Program-made: the position numbers and the translations under genes
Assembly (NCBI RefSeq): GCF_036321535.1
Contig: NC_087436.1
Span: forward strand, 22,136,001 to 22,200,000
Length of the DNA stretch: 64,000 nt
Direction of reading: 5' to 3'
Source: Camelus dromedarius
Taxonomy: Eukaryota
Shown here: one piece after another, positions 56,601 through 64,000 of the stretch
Layout of the letters: every line of letters starts with the position of its first letter
Numbering within the stretch: position 1 is the first letter of the stretch
The notes under the pieces: model-generated
Databases searched by the model: none
The model's input: the letters and a program-made list of their open reading frames with translations, nothing else
Told to the model about the DNA's origin: nothing

Positions 56601-56899
56601 GTGCACAGGTGGCTTTTAGAAAGATTGATTAGCTCCTCTTGCCCCCTTGAGATACGAGTTCATAGTTATTCCTGCAAAATTAAACAGAATAATGTCTCCA
56701 ACTTCCCACAGTGTGTATGCTTCAGTGCAAACAGCATGCTGGAGATAAATGTTTGCAAAGCGTTCATCTCCTTGTCCATTCCTGTTCCAGATGCCCTGTA
56801 CGATGTCATCACCGTGGGAGCCCCAGCTGCCCATTTTCAGGGATTTAAGAATGGCGGTCTTCGGAAACTTCTCCATAGATTCGAAACGGAAAGAAGAAA
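8381..56899 (+). CDS. INPP4B: INPP4B, partial: six internal coding exons, join(8381..8492,17763..17835,28917..29064,47261..47391,47769..47873,56791..56899); gene continues beyond both window ends
   Basis: The spliced frame reads [226 protein letters not shown] recognise this as INPP4B (approx. human residues 168-394, from memory). All introns are GT-AG with compatible phases. Confidence 0.96.
8988..9028. repeat. 17-bp tandem repeat GGAGGGGCCACACTGGA x2.4
   Basis: Exact copies at 8988-9004 and 9005-9021, partial copy at 9022-9028. Confidence 0.9.
10445..10545. mobile_element. MER5-like hAT-Charlie fragment
   Basis: cagtgtttctcaaagtgtg...catttgttagaaattcagat...ctaaattaaaatctctgtgggg. Confidence 0.65.
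10776..11172 (-). mobile_element. MLT1 (MaLR) solo LTR, MLT1A/B-like
   Basis: TG...CA termini; MLT1 motifs acagaaatttattttctc, aagtccaagatc, cctcttcctggcttgcaga, gacctcatttaaccttaatcacctc, ggcattagggcttcaacatat; 5-bp TSD ATACC/ATGCC (4 of 5). Confidence 0.9.
11536..12340 (+). mobile_element. L2 (L2a-like) LINE 3' fragment
   Basis: ggagtcatctttgactcc...cagcaaatcctgttg...gtgcctagaacagagcctgaca...tgaatgagtgaataaatgaa (L2 tail). Confidence 0.85.
13131..14110 (-). mobile_element. L2 (L2a-like) LINE 3' fragment, antisense
   Basis: Begins attcatcattcattcatcaaac (reverse tail); gaaggaacagcagggaggccagtgtg, tttaagaggaccatttctggctactgtg, gacatccaagtgtagatg. Confidence 0.85.
14120..14483. mobile_element. 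hAT-Charlie fragment (MER119/Charlie7-like)
   Basis: Ends ccagaccaaactttgagaaccatg (Charlie-type TIR); internal tagtgttattatgaaaata and gcctctagaaaattctact motifs. Confidence 0.6.
15943..16066 (+). mobile_element. tRNA-derived SINE, camelid Vic-1-like
   Basis: ggggaaggtatagctcagtggtagag (A box)...ggattcaatcccc (B box)...acctcc, then aataaacaaataaacctaactccctccc; same family as 48609-48770. Confidence 0.85.
16541..16863. repeat. Compound polypyrimidine microsatellite (TTTTC)n(TTTC)n(TC)n(TTCC)n
   Basis: 323 nt, all C/T except two G. Confidence 0.97.
17763..17835 (+). CDS. INPP4B: INPP4B coding exon, 73 nt ([24 protein letters not shown])
   Basis: Long polypyrimidine tract with AG at 17761-17762 and donor CAG|GTATGT at 17836; phase 0 in, phase 1 out; too short for the ORF track. 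Confidence 0.95.
22920..23300 (-). mobile_element. L2 3' fragment, antisense
   Basis: ggtactgtgctaggtgcaggagatag...gccttcatgaagctcccattccag...ggaaggcttcctggaggaggtg...gagctgagttt. Confidence 0.8.
26307..27435 (+). mobile_element. L1 3' end (ORF2 C-terminus plus 3' UTR), L1MA9/L1MB-like, 5'-truncated
   Basis: ORF-track fragments [18 protein letters not shown] and [33 protein letters not shown] are L1 ORF2p C-terminal sequence. The 3' UTR ends gtcaattatacctcattaaaaa. A (TA)n(CA)n repeat sits at 26853-26898. Confidence 0.95.
28917..29064 (+). CDS. INPP4B: INPP4B coding exon, 148 nt ([21 protein letters not shown]...IKEDLC)
   Basis: Acceptor ttttttctcttcccAG at 28915-28916 and donor TAG|GTAAGA at 29065; phase 1 in, phase 2 out. 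Confidence 0.96.
29163..29470. mobile_element. MER33-like hAT-Charlie element
   Basis: ctgcattgtccagtatg...cacttgaaatgtg...gtgtaaaatacataccagattttgaa...ttacatgtgtgactc...cattatatttctgttg; lies about 100 nt downstream of the 148-nt exon. Confidence 0.8.
32250..32360 (-). mobile_element. Old L1ME/L1MC 3' UTR fragment
   Basis: atatatgctcactatagaaaac...gaaaatcactctaaacccaccacccaga. Confidence 0.55.
32645..32679. repeat. (TG)n(CG)n alternating purine-pyrimidine tract
   Basis: tgtgtgtgtgtgtttgtgcgcgcgcgtgcatgcgc seen directly. Confidence 0.9.
34930..35355 (+). mobile_element. Two tandem MIR fragments
   Basis: gagtttgaaacctctg...ttacttaatatctcaatttt and ggggttgaaacctggctcccc...cttcagtttcctcgactgtaaa. 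Confidence 0.65.
35880..36165 (-). mobile_element. L2 fragment, antisense
   Basis: ctaggttaataatgatggtgcctgagaccacagtgg...cagcagggtttgttgatggatt. Confidence 0.55.
36174..36388. mobile_element. MER3 hAT-Charlie MITE
   Basis: ctgtgctattgaatacgg...catgtggctattg...aagtgctcaatagtcaca...atttccatcatcacagagagttctgttgcacagcactg. Confidence 0.85.
36648..36885 (+). mobile_element. MIR (MIRb-like) SINE, near full length
   Basis: ctctgctacttactatctggatgactttgggtaacttactt...tctcaatttccttatttgtaaaataagg...gtacctggcat. Confidence 0.85.
37258..37385. mobile_element. MER3 fragment abutting a MIR fragment (37165-37255)
   Basis: cagcgtcattccatagaactttccatgatgatggaaatgttcta...gccacgtggttattgagcacttaaattgtg. 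Confidence 0.8.
39185..39630 (-). mobile_element. MLT2 (ERVL) solo LTR with an internal (TG)n at 39223-39260
   Basis: tgtattactcaggattctctagaaac...cttcaactgattggatgaggcccaccc...ccaagttgacacataaaattaaccaccaca; TG...CA termini. Confidence 0.9.
41245..41308 (-). mobile_element. Very short L1 3'-terminal fragment (artiodactyl-type tail)
   Basis: (TTTA)n followed by attgaagtatagttgatttacaaggttgtgttaatttctgttgtacag. Confidence 0.7.
42335..44528 (+). mobile_element. Ancient ERVL-class provirus internal region (decayed pol: RT-connection, RNase H, integrase)
   Basis: Conceptual translation gives ELPIMNW (42640-42660), QWADL (42968-42982, cf. SSQWAEL), WWQIN*GGSL (43471-43500, cf. WWQVDYIGPL) and KEVQQ* (43641-43658, cf. 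KEVQQW) in ERVL pol order, with many stops and frameshifts. Confidence 0.85.
44529..45165 (+). mobile_element. 3' LTR of the ERVL provirus (LTR33/LTR16-like)
   Basis: Starts TGT directly after a PPT-like gtgcaagaggttgcc; ends caggccctgccttccagagaaccggga...aaaca, resembling LTR16/33 3' ends (from memory). Confidence 0.65.
46975..47068 (-). mobile_element. Short L1 3'-terminal fragment (lineage-specific tail)
   Basis: poly(T) followed by attgaagtatagtcagttacaatgtgttaatatctggtgtacagcataatg. Confidence 0.75.
47261..47391 (+). CDS. INPP4B: INPP4B coding exon, 131 nt ([17 protein letters not shown]...ELSKET)
   Basis: Acceptor cttttccattcttaatAG at 47259-47260 and donor CAG|GTGTGA at 47392; phase 2 in, phase 1 out. 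Confidence 0.96.
47769..47873 (+). CDS. INPP4B: INPP4B coding exon, 105 nt ([35 protein letters not shown])
   Basis: Acceptor tttttttttccacctAG at 47767-47768 and donor AAG|GTACTG at 47874; frame matches ORF 47690..47902; follows a 377-nt intron. Confidence 0.96.
48609..48770 (-). mobile_element. tRNA-derived SINE, camelid Vic-1-like, with 17-bp TSD
   Basis: Reverse strand reads ggggaggggatagcacagtggtagagcacatgcttagc...cctgggttcaatccccagtacctcc plus an A-rich tail. TSD is CAAAAGTCCCACATTAT (48592-48608) and CAAAAGTCCTACATTAT (48771-48787). Confidence 0.92.
52435..53377 (-). mobile_element. L1MA-type 3' fragment, antisense
   Basis: ORF 52672..52968 ([28 protein letters not shown]...[13 protein letters not shown]) is L1 ORF2p C-terminus; the 3' UTR motif gatacctcatataagtggaatcatg is present. 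Confidence 0.93.
53617..53680. repeat. (TTTG)n(TTTA)n microsatellite
   Basis: Seen directly. Confidence 0.92.
53700..54320 (-). mobile_element. Highly diverged L2 fragment, antisense
   Basis: Purine-rich sequence with ggagaagtgatcctctacactgtgggtg and gagatgttcataaggcagc...gaagaggtcagaactag. Confidence 0.5.
54590..54900. mobile_element. hAT-Tip100 fragment (Zaphod/MER115-like)
   Basis: gaggcagattcaccacgaagctaataaagattaagttcagggc...ttttgcaaattttgcaaagtaag resembles the family terminus (from memory). Confidence 0.6.
55195..55330 (-). mobile_element. MIR fragment
   Basis: ccattttctagttgaggaactgaga...aatggcagagctgggatccggagccagg. Confidence 0.75.
56791..56899 (+). CDS. INPP4B: INPP4B coding exon, 109 nt ([36 protein letters not shown])
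   Basis: Acceptor ccattcctgttccAG at 56789-56790 and donor AAA|GTAAGT at 56900; frame matches ORF 56601..56903. Confidence 0.96.
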
Positions 56900-57299
56900 G
56901 TAAGTGATGACAGGATGCATTAATGATTCTGCCTTCTGTTTGGGGAAGTTTGTGTACAAGGTTAGGATAAAGAAGCATGGTCCATCACAATGAGTAGTTC
57001 TTGACATCTCCACCCATTCAGGAACTTAGAAAGTTGCTGAATTCAAAAAAGAAAAAGAAAAAGAAAACAAACAAAAGTTAAGCAGAAATTAAATTAGAAT
57101 AAACCAAATGACTGAGATGACTGAGCGTATTGCTTACAGAGTGGCACTAGCACTGTGCTGGCAGAACATTTTGGTAGAAGCCATGCTGCTTAAACATAGA
57201 TAGTGTTCTAGGATTAACTGTTGCTCATTCAATGGGATGGTGTTCAGATTTAGCTGAAAGTATAGTCTAATTTAACTGTGAAGCCAGACACTTTATGGA

Positions 57300-57510
57300 G
57301 ACCATGAGTCCTAATTTATGACTCTGACGCTGCTAGTGATGTCCACTGTGGCTTGAGGCAAGGCACTTAACTGCCCTATTATTTAATTATGCCATTTGAA
57401 AAAGAGCCATCAATACAGAACTTTATCACTTAAGTGATGAGATTAAAAGAGGAAGCTTTCTATTCCTTAGGGAAAAGGCATGACGCAAAAAGCAAAGTAT
57501 TATCACTACT
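57300..57510 (+). mobile_element. MIR fragment
   Basis: gagtcctaatttatgactctg...tgtggcttgaggcaaggcacttaactgcc. Confidence 0.55.
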
Positions 57511-57999
57511 ATTTATAATTTTTAGATACTTTCTCGACTTCTTGTTTTGCTTTTAGCTACTTTCAAATATTGCATCAGTAGTTTATCCCACATGGGCCAA
57601 CCAACTGAGTTTATCCTGTAATATCCTCTGGTTATGACTACACTCCTGTAAGTCAAAAAGAGGGTTATCCAGATGTGAAGGAGTAACTTTCCTTTCCTTT
57701 TCAAGCAGTTACTCTTCTTGGATTAAGAACGCAAATTTTCAAAGTTAGGGGGAAAATAGTTATTATTTAGTTACAGTTGGCTTAGTAATAGTATTAGAAA
57801 ATCTGAGTGGCAAAACCAGAACGTTTTTTTAAAAGTTTTATCACATTTATTACATAATACATTTGTTATTTGGTGTCCAGATATTCAGGAAGAAAGCACT
57901 GAAAATAAGTTAGAATTGTCTAACCAATATACTGGTATATCAATGCATAAATATATATTTGTCTTTCTTGTTTTAAAGACGTTGACTTTGTGCTATTAC

Positions 58000-58882
58000 A
58001 GTACTGTTAACACAACTGTGGTCGTTATTTCTCCCGTTTTTTGTTTCCGGTTTTGGGTTTTGTTTGTTTGTTTGTTTTTGTTTTTGGTGAGCAGGCTATC
58101 TAGTTCTATGAGATTCTATTACAGGTGTAGATTAGAGTAATCCTCACCATAAGTGTCATAAATACCTGTTCCACTACCGCACAGAAACTGTCTCGGGTTG
58201 GGTTAGCCCTTAATAGTCACACCCTCCTGCCCAAACTCTTCTGCTGCAGAAAGTGGCTCTGCTGCCCTATAGTTGCAGTAGGTGGTGAAGTCAGAGTTCC
58301 AACTGTGGGCTCTGGGGAGGGGCACCTTCTGTTTAATTCACGGCGGTTGGAAGTCAGTTCAGTGACAGACCCCACGGGGAAAGGGATGCCATCCCTTTGG
58401 GAAAATGAGCATAGGAGCGGAATACGGCTCCCTGCTCATGGGCTTCACTGGGGGGGCTGTTTCTCAGTGACCTCTTGTTGCACCGTCCTTTGACTGGAAG
58501 AGCACTGCTATTTTTGTGATATTCAACCTCAGAATAGGCAGTTATGGTTTAAAGTTTTCTGTTCTGTTGGGCAACCTTTTTACTAGTCCTTTGGCTATTC
58601 TTGGGTGCTTTTTTATTTGTCATTTTGCTGTATTGGGGGCTTCTTTAGCTCCTAAGTTGGGATATATAGGAGGCAAGGGAAAAAAAAGAAACATTGTGAT
58701 CAATTCTTCAGTCCTGAGGCTCCTAGGCAATCTGCCTTCTTTCCTCCACTTCTTAGAATGTTCTGAAAATGATTTATATGTTTTGTCCAGAGTGTGTTTT
58801 TGTTTGGTGTTTTTTTTTGGTATGATTAGTGGGGAAAGTAAAATAGATTGTGTTTATTCCACCTCGTCTGAAACTGGAAGTT
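58000..58882 (-). mobile_element. Old L1ME/L1MC-type 5'-end fragment, antisense
   Basis: Ends ttcttcagtcctgaggctcctaggcaatctgccttctt...ttgtccagag...tgtgtttattccacctcgtctgaaactggaagt, the same architecture as 2100-2270. Confidence 0.6.
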
Positions 58883-59969
58883 TCTACCTTGAGAATTCAC
58901 TATTTTTCTCAATCCAGTTTCTAAATGCATAACACAGTGATAAGACTGAAAACTGTCCACAGGGTGCACCAAATCTACATGAGCATATATAAAGCATTGG
59001 TATGTGAAACATGGAACCTACCCTTATAATTTCACTAAATACTACTGTATGCTACTGGCAGAGACAAATGTTGAGGTGTGGGTGTAGACTCGACTATTTC
59101 TTGAGTTTTAAATATCTGCATGAATATGCAAGTTCTTCGCTGTTCTTCACTTCTCACTGGGGTGTTTGTGTACATGTAAACACATACACATATAGCTCTA
59201 GGATCAAATTTAAAATAAAAAAGGAAAGTATGGCCAATGCTTGTAAGCATTAATTTGCTTTAGGTTTTTCATATGTATTATATATCCCATTGCTTTATTA
59301 ATGACTTTATTGATGAAATACAGTTTTTTAAATTAAAACGATAAGTTGATGTAGATCTTAAAATTGCCCTAGATCATAGGGCAGTGGTGTGGGACAAACA
59401 TGGAGGCAGAGGCAGTACTCAGATGAGCATGGGATCAGCTTGTCCATCAAGCTGAGCGCTGATCTGACCAAACACTTTAAGCTTAAAATGATATCACACT
59501 ATGCAGATCATTTTCTGCGGGCTTTTTCAGCAACGGGTATTGCATTTGTCGGTCAAAAGCAGTAATGGAGAAGTAAATATGGCTCTATGAAATAAGTACT
59601 CGTTAACATTTGGCAGGGCAGAAAATCACGTTAAGTGAAGGGAACTTTCTTCGCCTCTTCTCCCTTCAGATAACTACCCCTTCCCCCCAAAAAAAGATAA
59701 CCTAGTCTTTTAGACCAGTTTTCTAGGGGAACTACCACAGCCATTATTACCGCTTCACTTTCATTTATTTTCTTCTCAGCTAAGCCAATGAAATATTGTC
59801 ATCTGGGAACAGATGTAATCTATGTGATCTACTGTTCGATGAATACGTTAACCACATAATGAAAAGGGTTTTAACATAAGAAAGCCTTGCTTATAGTATT
59901 CATATAATGTAATTCAGATCACATTTTTAAAAAGTATTTTAAAGGCTACAAGGTAATTAATTAGGAAGA

Positions 59970-60550
59970 TTGATTCTTTTAAAGCACAAATGTCTTAATA
60001 CATTACTCCCTGCTCAGAAACCTTCAGGGAGTCCCGCTCATTCACTGGACAAAGTCTCTGTGACGTCACCGCACTGACTTTCGACCTTCATTGCCTCCTT
60101 CTCCTGAAGAGCTTCTTAAATGCTATACAAACTGTTGTTCCCTTAGTGGATTTCACTTTTCACCTTTCCCTTTTCCCTGCTGTGTTCCTTTCGCAAGAAA
60201 TTCTTCTCTTCTTATCTCCCCACTATTTTCTATTTCTTTCTGCCAAAACCATGTATGTAATCCTATTCAAAATTCTGCACATGGTCCATCCTAAGATTCC
60301 ACCTTCTCCATTATGTCTTCCTGATTTCTCAAGTGGATCTGACTCTTTGTCCTAATGTTTTATTTTTACTGCCCTTATGGTTTTCCCCAGGTCACAGTTA
60401 TGGTGCATTAGGTTTGTTCTTGTCCAATTCTTTCATAATGATTTGAAATTCCCTTGACTAATAGGCGAAATTCTCTTGAATTTTGGATTTTCTGGTGTGT
60501 TCCACAGCATACTTAGCCCACAAGCCTTATTCCATAGCTCAAGTTCAACA
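59970..60550 (+). mobile_element. Diverged L2 3' fragment
   Basis: cattactccctgctcagaaaccttcaggg...ttccctgctgtgttcctttcgcaagaaattc. Confidence 0.55.
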
Positions 60551-60660
60551 GGCGTTGAAATTCATGAGTCAGATACAACCTGACTTAAAGTGCTGAGAAC
60601 TGCAATGGGAAGTAAAGTTTCAAAAATAATCATAATGCAATAGGTCAATAATATATAGAG

Positions 60661-60839
60661 CAGGGGTGTTCAACCTTGGCTGCACATTAGAATCACCTTT
60701 GGAGTTTTATAATATTTTATCTATGCCAGGATATCACCCCAGACAGATTAAGTCAGTCCTGGGAATGTAGCCCAGGCATTGGTAAATTTTAAAAGCTTCC
60801 CAGGTGAGACTAACGTGTGGCTCAAGTTGAGAACCACTG
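60661..60839. mobile_element. MER5A hAT-Charlie MITE, near full length
   Basis: TIRs CAGGGGTGTTCAAC and GTTGAGAACCACTG; internal ggctgcacattagaatcacc and aaaagcttcccaggtga. Confidence 0.9.
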
Positions 60840-62669
60840 ATGCAGGTGTAAGTGAGTAGTGCTGGGAGAGACAGATGAAGGGCATGGAGAAGAGAAACAG
60901 AAATAGTGACACAGATGAGTTAAACTTAAAAAATGTATAGGACCTCAATTAGTTTTTGCAGAAGGAAAGAAAATCTACATAAAGGACTATTTGTTGCAAT
61001 AAAGAAGAAAAGCCTTACATCACACTTCTTGGAAATTTTTGCTTGAAAATCTCAAACTTATTAAATCATTGTAACATGGAACTAAAGATGAGAATAAAAC
61101 TGAAACCATTTTGATCTGGGAAGAACTTGGGCCTGAGTAACACAAAGGAGTAAAACCAAGCATATTATATATAGAGCTGTTCACGCTTTAAAAATGAGAC
61201 TTTTCTAGGAGAACCAAAGCACCTAATTATTCATATATTATTTTAAAACCTGGATGTCTGTAACCTATTTATTCATTTGTTCAGCAAACACTTACGTGTT
61301 CCTGGATTCAGTGATTTACCTGAACACTATTTGAAAGCTTGTGGATTCCTCCCTCAAAATACGAATCAGTGCTTTACATCCAGTATTACTTAAAAGAAAG
61401 GGGAAAACTACCACAACACATATTTCGCCTGCTTTGATCACTTCTAATTTCAGCAGGAACCTCAGATTCAGCCAGAACTTTCACTGAGAAGGATCATGAC
61501 CTGAAAGCACAGCCCTTTCATTAAGATAAAAAGCAACCTCATGAAAACCAAGCATCTTTGTAAAGAAGAAAAAAAGCCAGTGAGGGGCAGTGTTCATTTC
61601 TAATGAGGAATATTAATTCCCTGTGATCTGCCTCCACATTAGGAGCGGACTCAGAGCGAACTCCCGGCCGGAGGTCCTAATGTCAAATGCCTGCCTTGAG
61701 TGTCTGCCTTGGTTTTCCCTCCGCTCACCACTCCCCGACCCCCCAACTTCAATCTGCTCCAGGTCCCATGGTCAACATTGACTCCCCCACAGTTTAAAAT
61801 GGAAGAGAGAGAGGAAAAAAAAAAAATTCAGAAAAGTCCCGAGGAAAACAGACTAAAATTTGACTGATAGAAATGTTGCAGGCTGTCCTTGAGCCTACAA
61901 CCTGAGTCCGTGCTAGAATTTGGGGGCGTTTCCTGAAAGAAAGCAAAACAGTAAATACAAAGAGTTAAACAAACCAGCCTTACCTTTTATGAGGTCAGTG
62001 GTTCTACAACCACAACAGTTACACAGTTTCTAAGGAAAATGTCCTTACTATTGTAAGGAGAAATATGAGTAGACACTTTCCCATTGTCTAGTGTAAATAA
62101 GAGGCTTCTTGGGTAAAAGGAAAGGTGTCGTATCTCTGTAGCCTACAGTGAAGCCGGCACCCGATAAACCGGAAGTGGGAGAGATGGGCATAAAATCATA
62201 CCGCTACCTTTAAAATTCACTCTTCAGATTGAATCAGTAACCACTGCTTAACTGGGGGGAGACAAAACATAAATTAACATTTTTCATTAGTGGTCTGAAG
62301 CTGAGCTATTTAATAAGCAAAACCTTCAAAGTTTTCCATCTCTTCCCATTTTGTACTTTCTCCAGGGACATATCAGCAAACTAGGCAGTAGTTACAAAGA
62401 TATTTGTCTTCAGACCCTTCACATTCAAGCTTAAGACAAAGATCCTCATTTCTTTTTTGAAAGGGAATGAGTAATTCAGATGTGTTCCGTGAAAGCAAGA
62501 AGACTGCATTCCTGATTTGATTTTGAGCCAGTTTTCTTTTTCCTCCTACTTGGAGCTCTTTCTCTGTTTCCGGCTTGATCTGTAGATTTCTCTCAGAAAT
62601 TTTTCTTGTCCCTCACTGGTGGAGCATTTCAGAGTCTGAGCTCATAACTCTATTTAGATCCATGTATCT

Positions 62670-62700
62670 GTGCTCGCTTCGGCAGCACATGCACTAAAAT
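62670..62700 (+). pseudogene. U6 snRNA 5'-end retropseudogene (3'-truncated, tailless)
   Basis: GTGCTCGCTTCGGCAGCACATGCACTAAAAT matches U6 nt 1-31 (GTGCTCGCTTCGGCAGCACATATACTAAAAT) with 2 mismatches. It is flanked by the direct repeat ATCCATGTAT (62658-62667 and 62699-62708). Confidence 0.9.
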
Positions 62701-64000
62701 CCATGTATACTGTCATATATCTTTTAAGTAGCAATCGTTGATCTTTTAGTAGTATACATTCTTAATAAAGACTTTCTATTGACAGTTTTCCAATTTTGTA
62801 AATATGTTTATTGGAAAATGAAGACAAGTCAAAAGAACGACATTAAAATCACCCATCATCTCCCTCTTCAACATGACAGTTACTGGGGGCACGTTGGTGC
62901 AGCCTCTTCCAGCTTGTTTTTACACATGTAATCTGTATCTTTCTATTTTTTCAATTATAAATTGAAAAATTCAAAATGAATTAAAATGACTGTTTCTTCA
63001 AAGTATGTAAATTGAGTTCTCTCCGTTTAAAAAATCTTATGTGTCTTTCGTTTTTGGAAGTCATGCCCCCTCCACCAACGTTTGTATCTTTAAATATATC
63101 AGTCTTATAGATTACAGCTAAAATTCACCTCCTATTCACTTTCAAATATATATTTTTCTCTTTTGGAAAAAAAAGCACCAACATTTTTTTTTAATTAAGT
63201 ATAATAAAAATCACACAGACTCTATGGAAATAAGAGGAAGTGTGAATAAAAGCCCTATCCATTCCTTTTTCTTTTTTCCTTTTGAACTGTATCCAGTAGC
63301 TGATTATGTCATTTTCAAGGAGAAGACAATTTAATTTTGTGTTGATTATGATTTGATTTCCTTGGAGGTATATTTTCTCCTTCGAGTGAGTCAGTTCCTC
63401 CTTGACCACATTTAGCTCTCAGCGCAGTTCATTTTTGAGCAAATACAATGCTGGGTCTGCCAAAACTGTGTACCTGGACTTTCTCATGCATGTGCACTTC
63501 CCTATATGTATCTCCCTGTACGCAACAACAGATCTTCAAGAATAGGCCAGTTTTAGCTCTTACACATCTACCACTTGGAGTTGGGAGAAAATAAAATAAT
63601 TAAAAAGCCTTGTTAAGGCTTGGACATATTCTTCAGACTAAATGATGACACTTACAAAACATTGAACTAAATGTAATGTAAGAGAGTAAAAGGATTTTTG
63701 CAAAGTTGCATCTGATCCTAAATGAATTTATAATGCAGGTTTTCTCCTCCCTTGTTCTCTTTTTAACTATATGAAAAAATAAAATTTGCTTGTAGTACAC
63801 AAATTCTAAGAATAAAGAAGCATATAGTGTGAAAAGCCTGACTTTTCTGCTCTACTTCCCCAAAGTAAACAAATCTGAACAGCGTAATGTATTTCCCTAT
63901 GCAGTTTCTTCTGGGTATCAAACTATCTGAGTTTTCAGTGATCATGACTCTTAGTCTACAAACTCAGGTCATGGGAATGTGACACTCTTGACTTATAACT

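Noticed and set aside
56616..56978. 120-aa minus-strand ORF
   Set aside because: Antisense shadow of the INPP4B 109-nt exon with no independent coding evidence.
62670..62700. Functional U6 snRNA gene
   Set aside because: Only the first 31 nt are present, with no ACAGAGA box or 3' part, and it is flanked by a TSD.
1..64000. A novel multi-gene system, prokaryotic features or a foreign insert
   Set aside because: Composition, repeats and splice structure are all consistent with ordinary mammalian INPP4B intron/exon sequence; no long non-repeat ORF or abrupt compositional island was seen.

Overview
AT-rich mammalian genomic DNA, most likely from a camelid, judged from two Vic-1-like tRNA-derived SINEs and no recognisable Alu, B1, Bov-A or Can-SINE. 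The window lies entirely inside the INPP4B gene (type II inositol 3,4-bisphosphate 4-phosphatase) on the + strand. Six consecutive internal coding exons (112, 73, 148, 131, 105 and 109 nt; 678 nt total) have canonical AG/GT boundaries and splice into one stop-free frame. The rest is intron, filled with L1, L2, MIR, MaLR/ERVL and hAT/Tigger remnants and microsatellites. Almost all ORF-track entries are spurious. I found no new multi-gene system. The best leads are a tailless U6 snRNA retrocopy with a target-site duplication (62670-62700), an unexplained ancient direct duplication (~18.0 kb vs ~20.5 kb), a candidate intronic terminal exon with poly(A) signal (~51.25 kb), two palindrome/hairpin clusters, and a motif-dense putative enhancer (~61.6-62.5 kb). 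Repeat family names and human comparisons come from memory of consensus sequences, not from a database search, and repeat boundaries are approximate.
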